From: Puccinia triticina
Lineage: Eukaryota
Assembly: GCA_026914245.1 (NCBI GenBank)
Contig: CP110439.1
Location: 6,634,001-6,698,000, forward strand
DNA: 64,000 nucleotides
Direction: 5' to 3'
Shown here: piece after piece, positions 1 to 13,548 of the stretch
How positions within the stretch are numbered: the stretch's first letter is position 1
Layout of the letters: each line of letters begins with the position of its first letter
The notes under the pieces: model-generated
Told to the model about the DNA's origin: nothing
Databases searched by the model: none
What the model saw: only the letters and a program-made list of their open reading frames with translations
Position numbers and translations under genes: made by a program

Positions 1-764
1 TCTTTTGGGGTGAAATCGCGATTCCATCTCCTACAGAAGCATACCACATCGTCAATCTACAAGTTGTTTGTGTGCTCCTGTTAGAAAACAGAGAATAAAA
101 AAACCAACCAAAGCTACTCAAGGCTGAGATCTCCACCTCGATCTTCAAAACCTTGATGAGCATTTGTTCAGGGAGCAATAACCGTCTCAAATAAAACTGT
201 TTTAGCGTCCATCAAGCTACACGAAGTCCGCGAATTAAATCCACAGAAGGCAGAGCTTGGGTTATTGGTATTTGGGAGGGGTGGATGCTTGGGCCAAGGA
301 GTGAGGAGAACCCTTACTTTTCTAATACTTCCATTGAGTTTAGGGGAAGGGTGAGGTGGCTAGCGGTTGACGGACGGCGAGTGTGAATGGGGTGGACAAC
401 ACCTATTGGGGGAGTTGCTGGTGCTTCTAGCAGACGGATGTTGGCCAAGTTCAAGGGGGCGGTCACAGATGCGGTGGATTTTGACATTGCCAAGAGCCAA
501 AAACGGTAGGTGTTGCTGGTCGGGGGGATGGCCAAGCTGGAGCTCAAGGGCCAGTGGCGTCAATTTGAATTCAAATCTTGGCCCAAGGCTGTTGATGGTT
601 GGGTTGCTTGCAGCTTGGGTGGTTTCTGGATACATGGTTGTTGTTGTCATGTGCAGCCCAAAACCAGACAATGCCTATCCTGTCAAACCACCGCCTTGCA
701 GGTTGGAGATACCAGAGAGGTGTGGCGGTGGTGTAGTTTCAGGGCTTGATTAATGCTAGATCGT

Positions 765-1150
765 CTATAAAATAGACTTTGGCTTGCTTGCTTATGTGCG
801 CCAGGGCGTCCTCTGCCGCTGTAATTCCAGCGTGCAGTTCGTCCTCACCCCTCCGCTGTTGCACTTGCGCAGTCTGAGGGGCTAAACTTGTTGGCCCCCC
901 TTTGCATAATGCCTTCAATGCGGCGCGCTGGGGGCCATCCACCCACTATTTTAAACCCTGCTAGACAGGGATGGATAGTGGGTCTAGTTTGTGGTGTTTA
1001 GATTTTGTGTTAAGAACACTTTTTTTGTGATTTGTTTTTTTTGGAAGGGGGAACCCTTCCATTTTTTTTTTTTGTAATTTTGTTAATTTGTAGGGGGAAC
1101 CCTTGATCTTTGTTTCTGTGTTTCTCTGTCTTTAATAAACTTGGATGAGT
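765..1150 (+). repeat. Dispersed repeat, copy 1 (TATA-like box, conserved GC core, T-rich tail, AATAAA)
   Basis: The core CCCCCTTTGCATAATGCCTTCAATGCGGCGCGCTGGGGG recurs at ~47220 and ~63005. Each copy is followed by GGGAAACCCTTGA...CTTTAATAAAC. Confidence 0.75.
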
Positions 1151-1229
1151 TAACATCACAGCATGAGGCTGTGGCACTTGAGATAATTCCAGGCATATTT
1201 TCCTCTGTAACTAGGGATTGTTGATTTAG

Positions 1230-1340
1230 ACCCGGGTACCAACCGGTACCTGGGTACCCCCTTGTTTTTTGTTCCACATCAGGTACCTAGTACCGCACCC
1301 GGAACCGCCTGGCGGGTACCACAGGTACTGCCAGCGCTAG
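1230..1340. mobile_element. Orphan hAT-like terminus with GGTACC subterminal repeats
   Basis: A cluster of GGGTACC/GGTACCC motifs ending in ...GCCAGCGCTA, resembling the ends of 38128-39014 and 15460-15583. Confidence 0.45.
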
Positions 1341-2463
1341 CTTTTGTCTCCATTGCCATAACCAGCCCTCCAATACTTAATTAACTACCATTTATATTGC
1401 AAGCATCACCAAAGACCTTAATTTATACTATGTAAACTAGCCAAACCAACTCATACTGGGATTAATCATCATCTAAGACAATTACCTTTCTTTTAGAATT
1501 CTTTGTGGTCTTGCTGGAATCCTCGTATTTTTGTTTCCATCCGGCCAGGGTACCTTCTTTGATTCTTCTGGTTTTTGAATAGAAGGCAACAGTCATTCCG
1601 CCACTTATTGAGTTTGGTCCAAGTCGGTGCCTTCTTGATGGGAGGAAGACCAGGATTTTGAGGTATTTGACTTCGAAGAGTTAAATCAATTCAAGGAAGC
1701 CATGCAATCAAGTTTACCTTACACCAATGTACAAGAATCAATTCAAAATATCCTTATACAGCATGAAAAATACTACAAACAAAGGGAATTTTATGATTAC
1801 TATCCTTTGGAAGATCTTGATTCAAAGTTTTTGTGTCTTCTCAAACACTTTGAAAAATTTTCTAGAAGAATTGTTGATTACTATGAGGCAAAGTTTGAAA
1901 AATTGGTCACAAGAGAGAAGTTAGATGGAAAAGTTGAAAAAAACAAATTCCATACTGGGCATTTTATGTTTGCAAAGGGTTTCTTGCAATTTTGACTGTT
2001 TAGCATCACTTTCTTTCCAAGTCTAAAATGTCAAATCTTTTAATTTCAATGGAAAGGAGTTAAAACTGAAAAAATATTAATCTCATCAGACTCCAAAATA
2101 GTAGTGTTACTATTGTATTATATTTACCAGATGATCAATCAAATTCACATTTTGTGTTCCATTCCTTTTTCATATTTCCCTTTTAATAAAACACAACCCA
2201 TTCTTAGTTTTTTCTCTATCACTAAACAGGCCAGACTTAACGTTTTCTAGCTAATTACCACCTAGTGTTTAAAAGAATTTTTTCATTGCAGAAATGTCAA
2301 GAGACAAGAGAGAGAAAAAAAATACAGGGAAGAAAAGAGTGGCAAAAAATGTACTTGTGTGGAATGAGAACAGAAAAAGTCTCACAGAGGGTGATGTACA
2401 TGGAACATAAAGATCAGAGCAGACATAGCTGAGAGCTTTTCAGGATTCATCTGCTATGAATAA

Positions 2464-2624
2464 GGCCCCGTTTGGCTGCCGCGGTATACGTCATAAATGG
2501 TTGAATTTATGACGCCGCGACCCAAAGTTTTCCCCCTGTTGCCACCAAAACTTTGAAGCCCCCGGGGGTTGCGCGTCATAAATTCGACCATTTATGACGT
2601 ATAACACGGCAGCCAAACGGGGCC
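2464..2624. mobile_element. PIF/Harbinger (Tourist-like) MITE
   Basis: TIR GGCCCCGTTTGGCTGCCG...CGGCAGCCAAACGGGGCC. The 161-bp element is almost fully palindromic and is flanked by TAA/TAG. Confidence 0.8.
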
Positions 2625-3584
2625 TAGTACATTGCTCCACAAACTGCCAAGAAAAAAATATGACCAACAAGACCATGTTCAGAGTAAAGGAGATGAGAAT
2701 TGTGTGAGGGCTGGGTCTGGCTAGAAAATGGGAAATTTGTCAGCCTTAGAGTCAACTCAAGTCTGCCTTTTTCTGCCTTTTACATATGAATTACTTCATA
2801 TCTTTTTCATCTTAAGAGATAACCTTGTTTTGACTTCATATTCTGTTTCCTCATGCAATTTTAACACTAGTTACAACTTATTAATTCCTTGTAACTATAC
2901 TCCTTCCCTGAGTTATTGAGTTGTGGCGCGCATGCGCAGTTGTGACGTGTCAGCGCTACCAGACGCGCCAAACCACATGTACATATGTAAATTAAACAAG
3001 CAAACTGAAAAATTTTTGTAGTCAGGATCCCCCTTGCCCGAGGCGGATCTACAGACTTCAGCACACCAGAACCACACCCCAGATAACCCCAGGATCACCA
3101 CCAAAGAGTTTACAACACTCCCAGTATACCTACTGTCACAGGCGCCTAGGATATTGACAGTAAGTAACCTTTTTCACTGAACCTTGTTTATCTCAGAGGT
3201 ACAACTCTGTGTCTTGCTTCATCTACTATTCTTTGCTGGCCTTTGCCTCATTCTTGATCACAGGGCTGTCCCTTCATATCTGCATTCTTTTTCTGTGGTT
3301 TTTGCAAGAAACAAACCACATAGGTTTCCCTTTAAAGAACCTTGACTATCCAGAAGGAAGCTAAAAAATTGTGGCTGGATTAAACTTATCCAATCCAGGA
3401 TCCCTCCACGTTTCTGTAATGGTGAGAGGAGGCTGTAGCACTCTCTAGCACAGCTTGGCAGCACTCTTCTGAAGAGGTAGCATTGCCAGTGGACGTGAAT
3501 TCCCACCAGAATAACCTTGAATATCTGCTTATCTTGATCCTGCTCAGTTTCTCTCTCTTTTTCTCTCTCTCTTTTATATTTGTA

Positions 3585-3614
3585 CTAGAGTTCAAAGCGG
3601 CTACGCCGCTGCAC
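3585..3614 (-). mobile_element. Helitron-type 3' terminus
   Basis: The minus strand reads GCAGCGGCGTAGCCGC-TTTGAACT-CTAG|T: a GC hairpin, a short spacer, CTAG, then T. Confidence 0.65.
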
Positions 3615-5164
3615 CTTTGGGGAAAGAGGGTAACATACCCTAAACCACAACCCCCCCCCCCCACCTCTTTTGTGTAAAGAAATGGATACTGAAGGAGGAA
3701 TTATTGTCAAAAACATGTACATATCTGAATAGCAGCAAGATCAAAATTTCACTTCAAAAAACATGATGGATGATAGCCAACAAATGGAGAACCAAATTAT
3801 CCCACCACCCCAAAAGTTTTTGAAAAATATTCACAGCATAATCAATTTTCAAGTAGTGTTATTTTCTCATACAAAAAATCTCTTATCCTAATCAGGTAAT
3901 ATGCCAGTGGAAACATCAAGCTGGATTACTGCACTCTTGAGACCAAGAATGACCATAATGACAACATATGGTAAAAAAAGTCTGGGGTCTCTTCAAAGAG
4001 GGGGTGTAGTCATGACAATGGTGAAAGGTTTTGCTATGTGCAGTGAAGCACACCTGGAATTCTGAGTGTGCAACCCACTTGGTACTACAAGAACTTCTCT
4101 TTGGATCCCTGGGTTTCCAATGGTATATCCTGATCCAATTGAATTGTCATGATGCTGTAGGGAAATATACAAGACACTATGAGGTTGCCTCACATCACCT
4201 GCCAACAATTTGCATACACTGGCTGACTCTCACCTTCTTTGCTTCAGGGTTGAGAATTTACATGTTTTTATTGTGGAAGGAAAAATAAAAAAACTATTAA
4301 TCCACACAGAGTTGTAAAAATGCCATCAATCTGTGGTTATATGTTGAAATTTGGAACCATGTCAGTATAGAGATTATGGAGAATTGATGTGTAGAAGAAT
4401 GCCTTGCTGAGAGATGCAACAGACAATAAATATCCAACCCCATCCTGGTATGTTACAGACACCATTGCTAGGAATGGACAGAAAGCCTGATGAGCCTCAG
4501 TCATACCCGCACTTTTCCTGGACACAATTTCTGAGAAAGAGAAGGTTTCACTACAGCTGTATGAACCAGTAATCAAATAACACGGACAAGGCCCCTGACA
4601 GTTCTGAGGCTGAAGAAAACAGAGGAATCTGGCATTGAACTTCATTCCTTTGTGAATGTGATTCAGAGAGTAGTTCAGTTACATGTGTTCCTACAGGACA
4701 AATGACGCGCACTCTAAAAGAAATATGGATGTACTTTGTGCACAAAAAACTCTTTGCGCACTGCAGGGGGCGTCCACTCAACATCCCGGCCATAGTGCGC
4801 GGAAGCTCAAAACGCTTAATTGTGCACTGCAGATGAAAAACCATAAAATTCTCATTTTTTTTCTGCCATGCGGCAGAAGAGATTTCCCCCCCCCGCCCCT
4901 CCAACAATTCTTTTGGAAATTTTGGGACACTCACTTTCACACAAGACAAGGGTGAAAAATAAATACCCATTAATGAGCTGGATCCCCCGGTGACTCTTCC
5001 CCGGGGATATCTAACCTGCCACAAATGACCTGGGGACACAGCCCCTCAAAAACATAGTTCAAGGGGCAGAAGTCAGCCGCTGTGCCGTGCCGACGGCCGG
5101 CGCAGGCCCACAGTGCGGAGGATACACACTCCCCCGACGACCGGCCAGCACACATGTGGAGTGC

Positions 5165-5740
5165 AAATCACCGGTCATCTAAGGGATTAAGCACTCCTCT
5201 TGATGACCGGGTCCGTTGCGGTCATTGAGAGGGGTAAACGCACCTCTTGATGACTGGAACGGAATCCGTCAATGAGAGGAGAAGCACACCTCTCGATGAC
5301 CAGAACAAAACCGGTCATCGAGAGGAGAAACACACCTCTCGGTGACCGGGAGCAGACCGGTCATCGAGGCAATTAAGTACTCCGCTCAATGACCGGGTCC
5401 GTTGCGGTCATCAAGAGGAGTACTTAATCCACTCAATGACCAAGCAGATCCGGTCATCAAGAGGATTACTTAATCTCCTTGATGACCGGAACAGACCCGG
5501 TCATTGAGAGGAGAAACACTCCCCCAATGACCGGAGCAAACCATTCAACGAGATGAGTGATGAACAGTTCGCTCCGGTCATTGAGGGGAGTCTTGACTCC
5601 TCTCGATGACTGGAAAACGGACCCATCGAGAGGAGCACTTGATCCCCTCAATGTATGAACGGTCTGGTCCCGGTCACCGAGAGGTGTGTTTCTCCTCTCG
5701 ATGACCGGGTTCTGGTCATCGCTCCTCTCGATGACCGGCC
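5165..5740. repeat. Array of short palindromic units (CCTCTCGATGACCGG...CCGGTCATCGAGAGG), probably the interior of a non-autonomous DNA transposon
   Basis: More than 10 degenerate alternating copies. A similar architecture lies inside the TSD-flanked hAT derivative at 38128-39014. Confidence 0.7.
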
Positions 5741-7600
5741 TACTTCTCCTCCCCCTCCTGGGGGTCAGGCTTAGTTCAAGGAGGAAGGGGGGGGGGGGGG
5801 CTATTCTCAATGATGGTGGGCGAGTGGTTTTAGACCTCGGCGAAGTGTGTGAGATACATGATTGCAGCCACAGGGCCCTCTACCTTGTCAGGTAGTATTC
5901 AACAGCTGGGTTCTAGAGCCTTCACTCCATTGTGAAAAGCCGTGGCCGGAGGCGAAGCAAACAGCATTGGGCAAGTATGAGCAGGCCGAGGAGGTTTTGG
6001 TGGCCTGTGTAGCGGGCGGGCGGGATCGGCAGGACTCCTGGGGATGCACAAGAAGCAGCTCGGCCTTCGTGATTGAGGGATCACTACCAGCAACAATACC
6101 CTCATGACCTGGGAAGCGTTATTTCCCTGTACAAAGCTGCGTGACAGTCAAAGCCTCTCGTGGTTTAGGAAGGTACAGCAAAGGCGCAGCATCTTCGAGA
6201 GGGAGAACCGTCAAAAAAGACCCGCCTTGGCCAAAAGCGGTTCTGGCCCGGGTGTGAACATATACATCCATAACAACAAAAAAGTGTGCAGTTCATCTAA
6301 AGGCGAAGTTCTGATTTGTTTTGTTTTGTTTGAAGGGTCCCAGTCGCTTGTCTCGGACAGCGCCACGCGACTGTAAAGATTTGCAGTGTTGGAGTACCCC
6401 AAAATGGGGAGGACTCCTAGACTTATTGAAACATGTGTGCGCTGTTGATCTAGAGAAAAAAAGAGGAGCGAGGGGAGGTAGACAATAAATAAAGGCGCCT
6501 CGACGGGGGCTGGACCTTTACGGGTCGAGTTCCCCTCTCGCAGTTGTGGAGGTTGAGCACGATCCGTCGGTTAACACTCTCCGCCTTCGCATTTGCAAAG
6601 GTTTGAGGGCTTTAATCTTTTATCTCAATCCCCTGTTGCGCTTGCGCAGGCTGATTATGTCTTATCTTTTCCCCCTGCTGCGCTTGCAAAGGTGGGTCAA
6701 AACATTCATCACACAAAGAAGGAAAAAACCTCCCCTGTTGCACTTGCACAGGTTGAGGTAAATTTTACTCCCCTGTTGCACTTGCTCAGGCTGGGCAATT
6801 TATTTAACCAACCATTTTCCCACCTCTCTCCCCTTGCATTTGCAACAGGCAGAGGTGGGAGAATCCGGTCCCTTTTCATTCATGGTTCATGAATTGGGGG
6901 ATCAGTCCGAGGCATTAATGTTTGGGGACTTAAAATTTAATTCACACGGCAGCAAAGTCAAACATACTTCTGCCTGGGAAGAAGGGAACTGTGGGAAATA
7001 TTGCCAAGTTGGCCACTGTGCCACTGGCAGGCCCCTTTTGGGGCCTTTTGGGAAAGGGGGAGGGTGAACCCATGAACCCAATTTCCATGAAACTGTGGAT
7101 TTAACATACTTAGATAAAGCAATATTTGATAAGCAAGATGAGCCTGAAACAGATACCTGAAGTGTTAGCTCATCAAATATGCCCAGGAAGTTGACCAAAT
7201 TGCACACCAAGTCAAGGTCCGACTGATCCAAGTGATGCCTGCGCTCATGGCCATGCCTTTTATGATGCTGCCACTTGAGGCTAATAAGATAAAGTTTAAA
7301 AAAATTGATGAATCTGCTTTGACTTGGAAAGAGAAGCAGCGAGTGACTTACACAGCAGCTTGACACCTAAGAATGCTCTTGAGTTGAGTAAATGTTGAGT
7401 TCCATTGAGTACGCACATCTCTCTCAACAGTATGCGGCTTTGAACACCCTTTCTCTTGTCAGATCTCTACAAACTCTGCTCTTGAATTGGGCAAGTACCT
7501 CAACTTCTTGGCAAATGCACGGAACTGCAGCTAGGTCTGAAGTCAGTGCCTTTCTCATGTTGATCGCACCAAGAACTGTTTTATGTACCTTTTCCAACAA

Positions 7601-7630
7601 CTAGACTTTCAAGGCGGCTGCGCCGCCGCT
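7601..7630 (-). mobile_element. Helitron-type 3' terminus
   Basis: The minus strand reads GGCGGCGCAGCCGCC-TTGAAAGT-CTAG|T. Confidence 0.65.
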
Positions 7631-8289
7631 CGTTGCAGACTATGGTGAATTTTAAATTAAATTGAAACTATTGTTCCCAAAAATCGCTGCAATAAATTAG
7701 TGTGACGGTTTCGCACCGGTTAAATTTCTTCTTCAAATAGAGGTATGTTTTAAGCAATTTTTGCTTAAAGATCACCCTTGAGTCTAAATCTCAGCGTGCA
7801 AATTTGTTGGAAAATGATAGAAAATATTTCACTCCTAAAGTTGAAAGAAGAGTCGATAAAAATAACGACTTGAAAAAGAAGTTGTAACTTTGAGCGTTAG
7901 CTTTGAGGTGGGAATTAGACCAGTGAACTGATTGTATATGAGCGCGCCTTCACACGTCACGTGGCAGATTATGACCCGAAAAAACAAATATCAAATTACC
8001 TCAACAGATCTTTCTAGGAATTCTCAAAAAGACCCGTGGTGGTCACATTAAGTTGAATGCGATGATTAGTTGAAAAAATTAAAAATGAACAAAGTTGGCT
8101 AAGAGTAAGGTCAATTTTGAAGTTCAACGGTACACATATTGGTGGTAGACCAAAATAGAGCAGATGAGCCGACTGGAGACGCTGGAATGGAGGAGTGAAT
8201 TTGTGTCTTTACACAATTTTATGGGTGATTGGCGACCCAAAAGGTAATTGCCAAAAAGGTGATGGGGTTGAAAGGTCAAATTTCTGTCA

Positions 8290-8936
8290 TTCATTCCCGG
8301 ACTTGGTCGTCATGAAGGTTGCCGCTTGTCACCTGATAAAGAAATCAGTAAAGAATCCACTTTCATATTTCACGAATGATTTCTGCGTGCTCACCTTGAC
8401 TCTCATCATGTCAAGCCTTTGATTCCACCCTCCTAACGTTCCGCAGAAGCAGACTTGCCTGCCAATGGTGAAAGCCTCAGAAACATTTAACGCGGAGTTT
8501 ACCCAAGGAACCAAGTATTCAACGGTCATGCTTTCATCTTCTTCATCCTGTGAATTGGCAATGTCAGCTTGTGATCAAGACGTTGAAGAATAATACTGAC
8601 AGTTTCATTGAGGCCATCATGGCGAACAATAACAGAGATCGTGCCTTGTTGTTGATGATCATCATCATCACCGCAACACTCCGCAACACGGCCAAGCGCC
8701 TTGATTTGAATTTCTTGTTTTCCATAGTTGACCGGCACTTCAGATTTTTCGTCGACGTCGCACATAAAAAATGGCATCTTGTGTCTTTTCGCCCCAACAA
8801 GAAATCCTTTGAGAGCGTAAAGTTTGCCGTACGTTAACTTGTTGGAGAGTTTCGTGCGATAAATCAAACAAGCACAAGCATGGTTGTTGAGGCCAGTTAA
8901 CCCGCCAGTAACGTGGTACTTTGCTCGTGTCATCAA
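8290..8936 (-). CDS. Multi-exon hypothetical protein, beta-rich and possibly OB-fold, upstream of a Helitron-type 3' end
   Basis: ORFs 8526-8936 and 8329-8529 give IKALGRV...ISVIVRHDG / MTVEYLV...IGRQVCFCGTLGGWN...MMRVKV, paralogous to the gene at 10270-11270. Confidence 0.5.
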
Positions 8937-10269
8937 CTTTTGGGTTTCACCAGATTGGCCATGATGGTCGACGGACTTGGTAGCAAAAAAAATAAAATAA
9001 GGTCATTAAAGTGCTCAAAAGATCATGTTTCTTTGATGAAAAGAAGGCTGTACCGTATGGGAAATAGCAAACACTCCGCTAAAATCAAACCACAAATAAT
9101 TCGCCAACTGTTTGAATTTAATGATAGGACTGTCCATGTTTACCTAATTCTTGGGGAAGTTGTTTGTAATGATAATCATTACCTTTTATATATATATTGG
9201 ATTAAACTGGCCACAGTTTCCTTCCTGATACAAAGAAGTTGAAGTTTCTGGAAAGATTATTTTGAACCCTTTCCCCTGCCCACATCTGGCGATGAAAAAT
9301 TCTGCTTCATCATAATACCCTGACAACAGACCCTGACTTTACCAAATACTAAAGGAATCACGTTCATAATGATTTTCTTTTCTGTACCCTGAGGGCTCAA
9401 CTGAGCCTCTGACCCTGTCATTCTGCTTTTGAAGTTAAGTAACAAGTTTACGTAGTGAATAAAAATAGTTGATGCACTCGATTAGAGCTACATAATTTCC
9501 GCATCTATCAAATAGAAAATACAACAACTACTAAATAGAAATCTTTGGCTAAAAACAGTTAACACATCCCTTATTTCCTCCCCCCGGATCAGTTGAGATT
9601 TACCTAGCAAACTGACCATCTCAGGCGCGAATCATGTATGAAGTTCAGTTGGGTTGCCTCCAGGATAAGCTGGCAGCTTCAACAGCGCTGCTGATGCATT
9701 TGTCTTGGTGTTCAACGGAAACATGCAAGACTTAACTCATTACCACATAGCTTTTTCATTCCCATTACTTATTGAAAAATCCTCAAGGGGTTGAGAAAAA
9801 CAAATCTGTCCCTGCTGGTCATATCACAATGGTGAAATTGATGTTAGACTCTTCTTCTAAGCTTCACTATCACAAAGAATCTCAGTGTAAATTTGTTTTT
9901 TGAGAAAGGAAACAAACAGGCATCAATTGGGCATGTAATTGGATTTGTAGAGCAAAACATCTTTCATTAGAGGACATTTGTGTCAAAGTCATAGGTTGGT
10001 TCCAAAAAAAAAACAAAAATGATTAAAGGAAAAAATGATTGCGGATTGTGATTGTGAATGTGGAATTAATTTCACCTGGAATGGTGAAATTAGTCAAAGA
10101 GAAGATTCAACAGGAAACTGATGACAGTTTGATTAGAAAAGTATCTTTTCATTCCTCAGAGTCTTTCCGGACTGATAAGAATTGACGCCTCGGACCATTG
10201 GAATATGTGGGACGTCCTCCAACAACCCCAGAGGTTACCTAAATTTTATTGTCATAAGTCCTTTGTTGA

Positions 10270-11270
10270 TAAAACTAATATTGGGGAGTGAGGGACTAAC
10301 GTTGATGATGATCATTCCGCGCCTCGCATTGAATCCACAAAAGTTTCCGGAAAGTTGAACCCTTATCCCGGGATCCAGGCGAACATCCTCGTTGATGTGA
10401 ATCTGGGAAATTTCAACAAAGTATTTCACATAAAACTCTCCGGAGCGCATTTTCTAAAAAGGAAAAATTAGTAAGGTAGATGGTTCAGTTATGGTCAAGA
10501 AAGAGCCCACATCTGATTTATGGCCAACAACAAGCTCAATGAAGTCGCAATCAGTCCTCCCAACTCTCTTGTTATTTGAATTTGTCACAAGTCAGACACG
10601 TCGAATCGTTCCCACTCCAGTAATTGAAATGATTGATGGTGCACTGGCGGCTCTTGTGTAGCGGAGGTGCTCAACTGAGTCTGGTGAATAAGTAAACTCA
10701 TAGTTTCCTTGCAGATCGGTGACAGTCACTTCCCCGCGGAGGTTATACAGTTCTCCCTTGCCGAGTGATTGGAGTTGAACATCCTACATTTGAAACAAAC
10801 TGTAAGTTTTTGGTGGAGGCGGAATACCCATCCAAAGGATAACTCACGTGGCTTAGGTTTTTTTTCCAAAGGGTGCGTTGAGAAGAAGACCCTGTGGCGA
10901 TGTGGTACGAAAAAGGACTACCGATTGAGAAAGCCGAGCAGCCGCGAAGGTTTGAGCCACTCTTCCAAAAGGTCGAAGTGAGGAGAAGACCCTCTGGCGA
11001 AAAGGCCGGTAGGATACAGGATGTGATATCCCAAACCCTTTTCCATAGTTCCTGAATGACGATTTGAGTCGAGTTGATGCAACGACGGGAGTGGTTTCCG
11101 GGCAAGGACCCGTGATACTGTCTGGTAAATCGGGCGAGGGGTCTGAATGGGTGAGTTGAAGTGGATGCATGAGGCGCAAGGGATAGTGGGAGGTTCCGGG
11201 AAGAAACCTTTAGGGAATTTATGGTTGACCTTATACGGGGATTGTTGTTATCGACGGATCTGTAAGACAC
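10270..11270 (-). pseudogene. Second member of the same beta-rich protein family (multi-exon, possibly disrupted)
   Basis: Minus-strand exons read ISITGVGTI...IELVVGHKSD / EFYVKYFV...PGIRVQLSGNFCGFN...MIIINV, the same motif order as the 8290-8936 gene. Confidence 0.45.
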
Positions 11271-12690
11271 GGAACCGGGAAAACAAGAATCACGAAGGTG
11301 AATACTAAAGTCCCAATGAAAAGACGATGAAACATCAAACCGACTCGTACAGATCTATTGTTCATATTAAGTGGGGGGTGTGTCCGGGTTGAGGGCAAAA
11401 CATCTTGAATGATTTTGATTACACACAAGGGAAGGAGTGGCGTTGCAAGGGGTGCCCGGGTTGAGGATGAGACAATTTGAATAACCTTCATCTGTCCCCA
11501 AAGAGAAGGGTGTGTGACTTGGGAAAGTTTCCGGTTCGGTAGTGCGTTGAGTGCGAGTCTGAGAAAAAAAAATAGCAAGACAATATATAAAGGTGCTTGC
11601 CGTGCGGGTTAGTTGTTTCCCTTGCGGCTCCGGATCTTGGCTTTTTTGCTGCCGGAGCCGCCTGTTACAATGGGGGCTTAAGGGAAATGAGGGCTTGAGA
11701 CTGGTTAGCGGGACTCGCGCCAGTCTCCAAATGTTACATGTGGCTTAAAGAACCTGTGTAATCCCAAATTTCTTTAGAGGAATAAGGGACAGGGCGAACC
11801 CATGAAAAAAATTTCCGTAAATCACTGTTTTATTGAAACTTAGATTGTTTGCACAAAGCAGACGTATAGCAATTGCTTTCATCTTCTTCACTAGCTTCAT
11901 TTATATTGTCTTTATTGAGGGATTCCATATTGTCTTTGTTGGGCCTGACGAGTGATTCACCCTTGCTCAAATCTTCATCTGGTAATTGGGTTGCACTGTT
12001 TTGGCCCGGAGAAAGCCTAGAGTATGTTGTCACAAATGAATAAGCCGCGGAAATTAGAATTGGAGGAATGATAGTTGGACTTACAATCTTATTTGCTCCT
12101 CAGCATCATCATCTTCAGAATCCCATTCATCCACACCAACAATATCACTTTGATACTTGGAAGTATTCTCTGCTTTCTGAGTTCCAAACGGTCAAAGGAT
12201 CCCCTGTACTATCAAGTTCAGGATGTGCGCAAGGCACCGGATCCATTGCAGCTCACCTCGGAACCCTGGCCACTTGAGCTTATTCAGCTCCTGAACCATC
12301 ACTTTATTGTTTGATGCATTATCACTAACAATACCACATATATAAGACATCATGGGTCAGTGTAGAAATTGAGCTGTCAACAAACAAATAGGCTCACCTT
12401 GTCCTCAATGTCAAACTTGTTCACAAGTTCAACCAAGCTGATTGTCTTTGCCAAGTATTCACCTGTGTGGCTTTGAGAAAGTCAAACAAAGTCTAGAGGC
12501 ATGGCCTCTAGATCTAGCTCCCCCTTGCTGTCATCCGCTAATTGGCAGATTACTATACCCAAGATATCAAATCCGTCAGGGGACTGCCATGAATCAACCC
12601 CTAGATATAATGCAACTTTGTGTGCCTTATAAACAGCAAAGTCAGTCAGGTGAAAAAGTTAGTAATAAATACAAGGGTAAACCAGAACCC

Positions 12691-13219
12691 TGTAAGAGCT
12701 GAAAGCTCTTCACTGGGCTAGGCGCTGGCACTCAGGAGAGACAATGGTCTTGAGGGATTCTGATTCCAACGTTGGGGGTCTTTATTGCATCTAGCTCAGA
12801 ACAGAGAGAAGTCGGGGTCAAGTCTCTGCTACGTACAACTGGAGGAAAAGACACAATGGAGAAAGAGAAAGAAGGGAGATACCTAGCTCAGAAGAGAGAG
12901 AAGTTGGGGTCAAGTCTCTGCTTCTCAGCTGGCTACTATGTCAGAGCCACCGTGACATGATATCAAAAGCAAACATGAAATATCATTACATAAGAAAGAG
13001 ACATTATTACTACCATTACTTATACTTACACATATAAAACCCGGAATATTATTCCATATTCTTAATCTAAGCCTAATTTAACCTAGGGTACCTCACTTCA
13101 AGGTACCCTTAATTGTTATTCCTTCCTTGTGTAAATTGACTTCAAAGTTTAACACGTGCACCACGTCCCGTGTGAATGCACCTGTATGCTTATATACATA
13201 TGTACATATGCTTATAACA
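12691..13219 (-). mobile_element. Probable LTR with decayed internal sequence to its left
   Basis: TG...CA ends (TGTAAG / TATAACA), AATAAA on the minus strand, and a duplicated internal motif TAGCTCAGAA-N-AGAGAGAAGT. No matching TSD. Confidence 0.4.
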
Positions 13220-13548
13220 CTTCAATAACCATGAAGCTGAAGTGTTATGTTTAGTTTAGAAGATAGCCCAACTTAGGTTGAGTTAAAACTAAACCTGCGT
13301 GCTGCGCACTTGGCCCAAAGACGGCACAGAGCTCCAAAAATGAATGAAACCCCAAAAGGGCTACTTGTACATTACAGCACGCCCACCAGGGAAGTAATGA
13401 CATCAAGTCTGCCCTTCCACCGCCACGTGAAACACTACACACATTACATAATCTGTACATATGTAATGCTGTCACATGGATGTAAACAGAATATTCCTGA
13501 CACAGCAGAAGGACTAGTACATGCACAGTACACTAGATTGGGAAATAC

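Noticed and set aside
1702..1995. 97-aa ORF as a host gene
   Set aside because: No recognisable motif or convincing gene structure.
2922..3584. LTR beginning TGTGGCG
   Set aside because: No matching CA end or TSD. It is probably truncated, so the boundaries cannot be supported.
3990..4645. Captured gene fragment next to the Helitron-type end at 3585
   Set aside because: It looks coding-like, but I cannot assign a family without a search.
5860..6400. Possible LINE RNase H remnant (FFDGS on the minus strand)
   Set aside because: Only one weak motif with many stops, which I cannot support.
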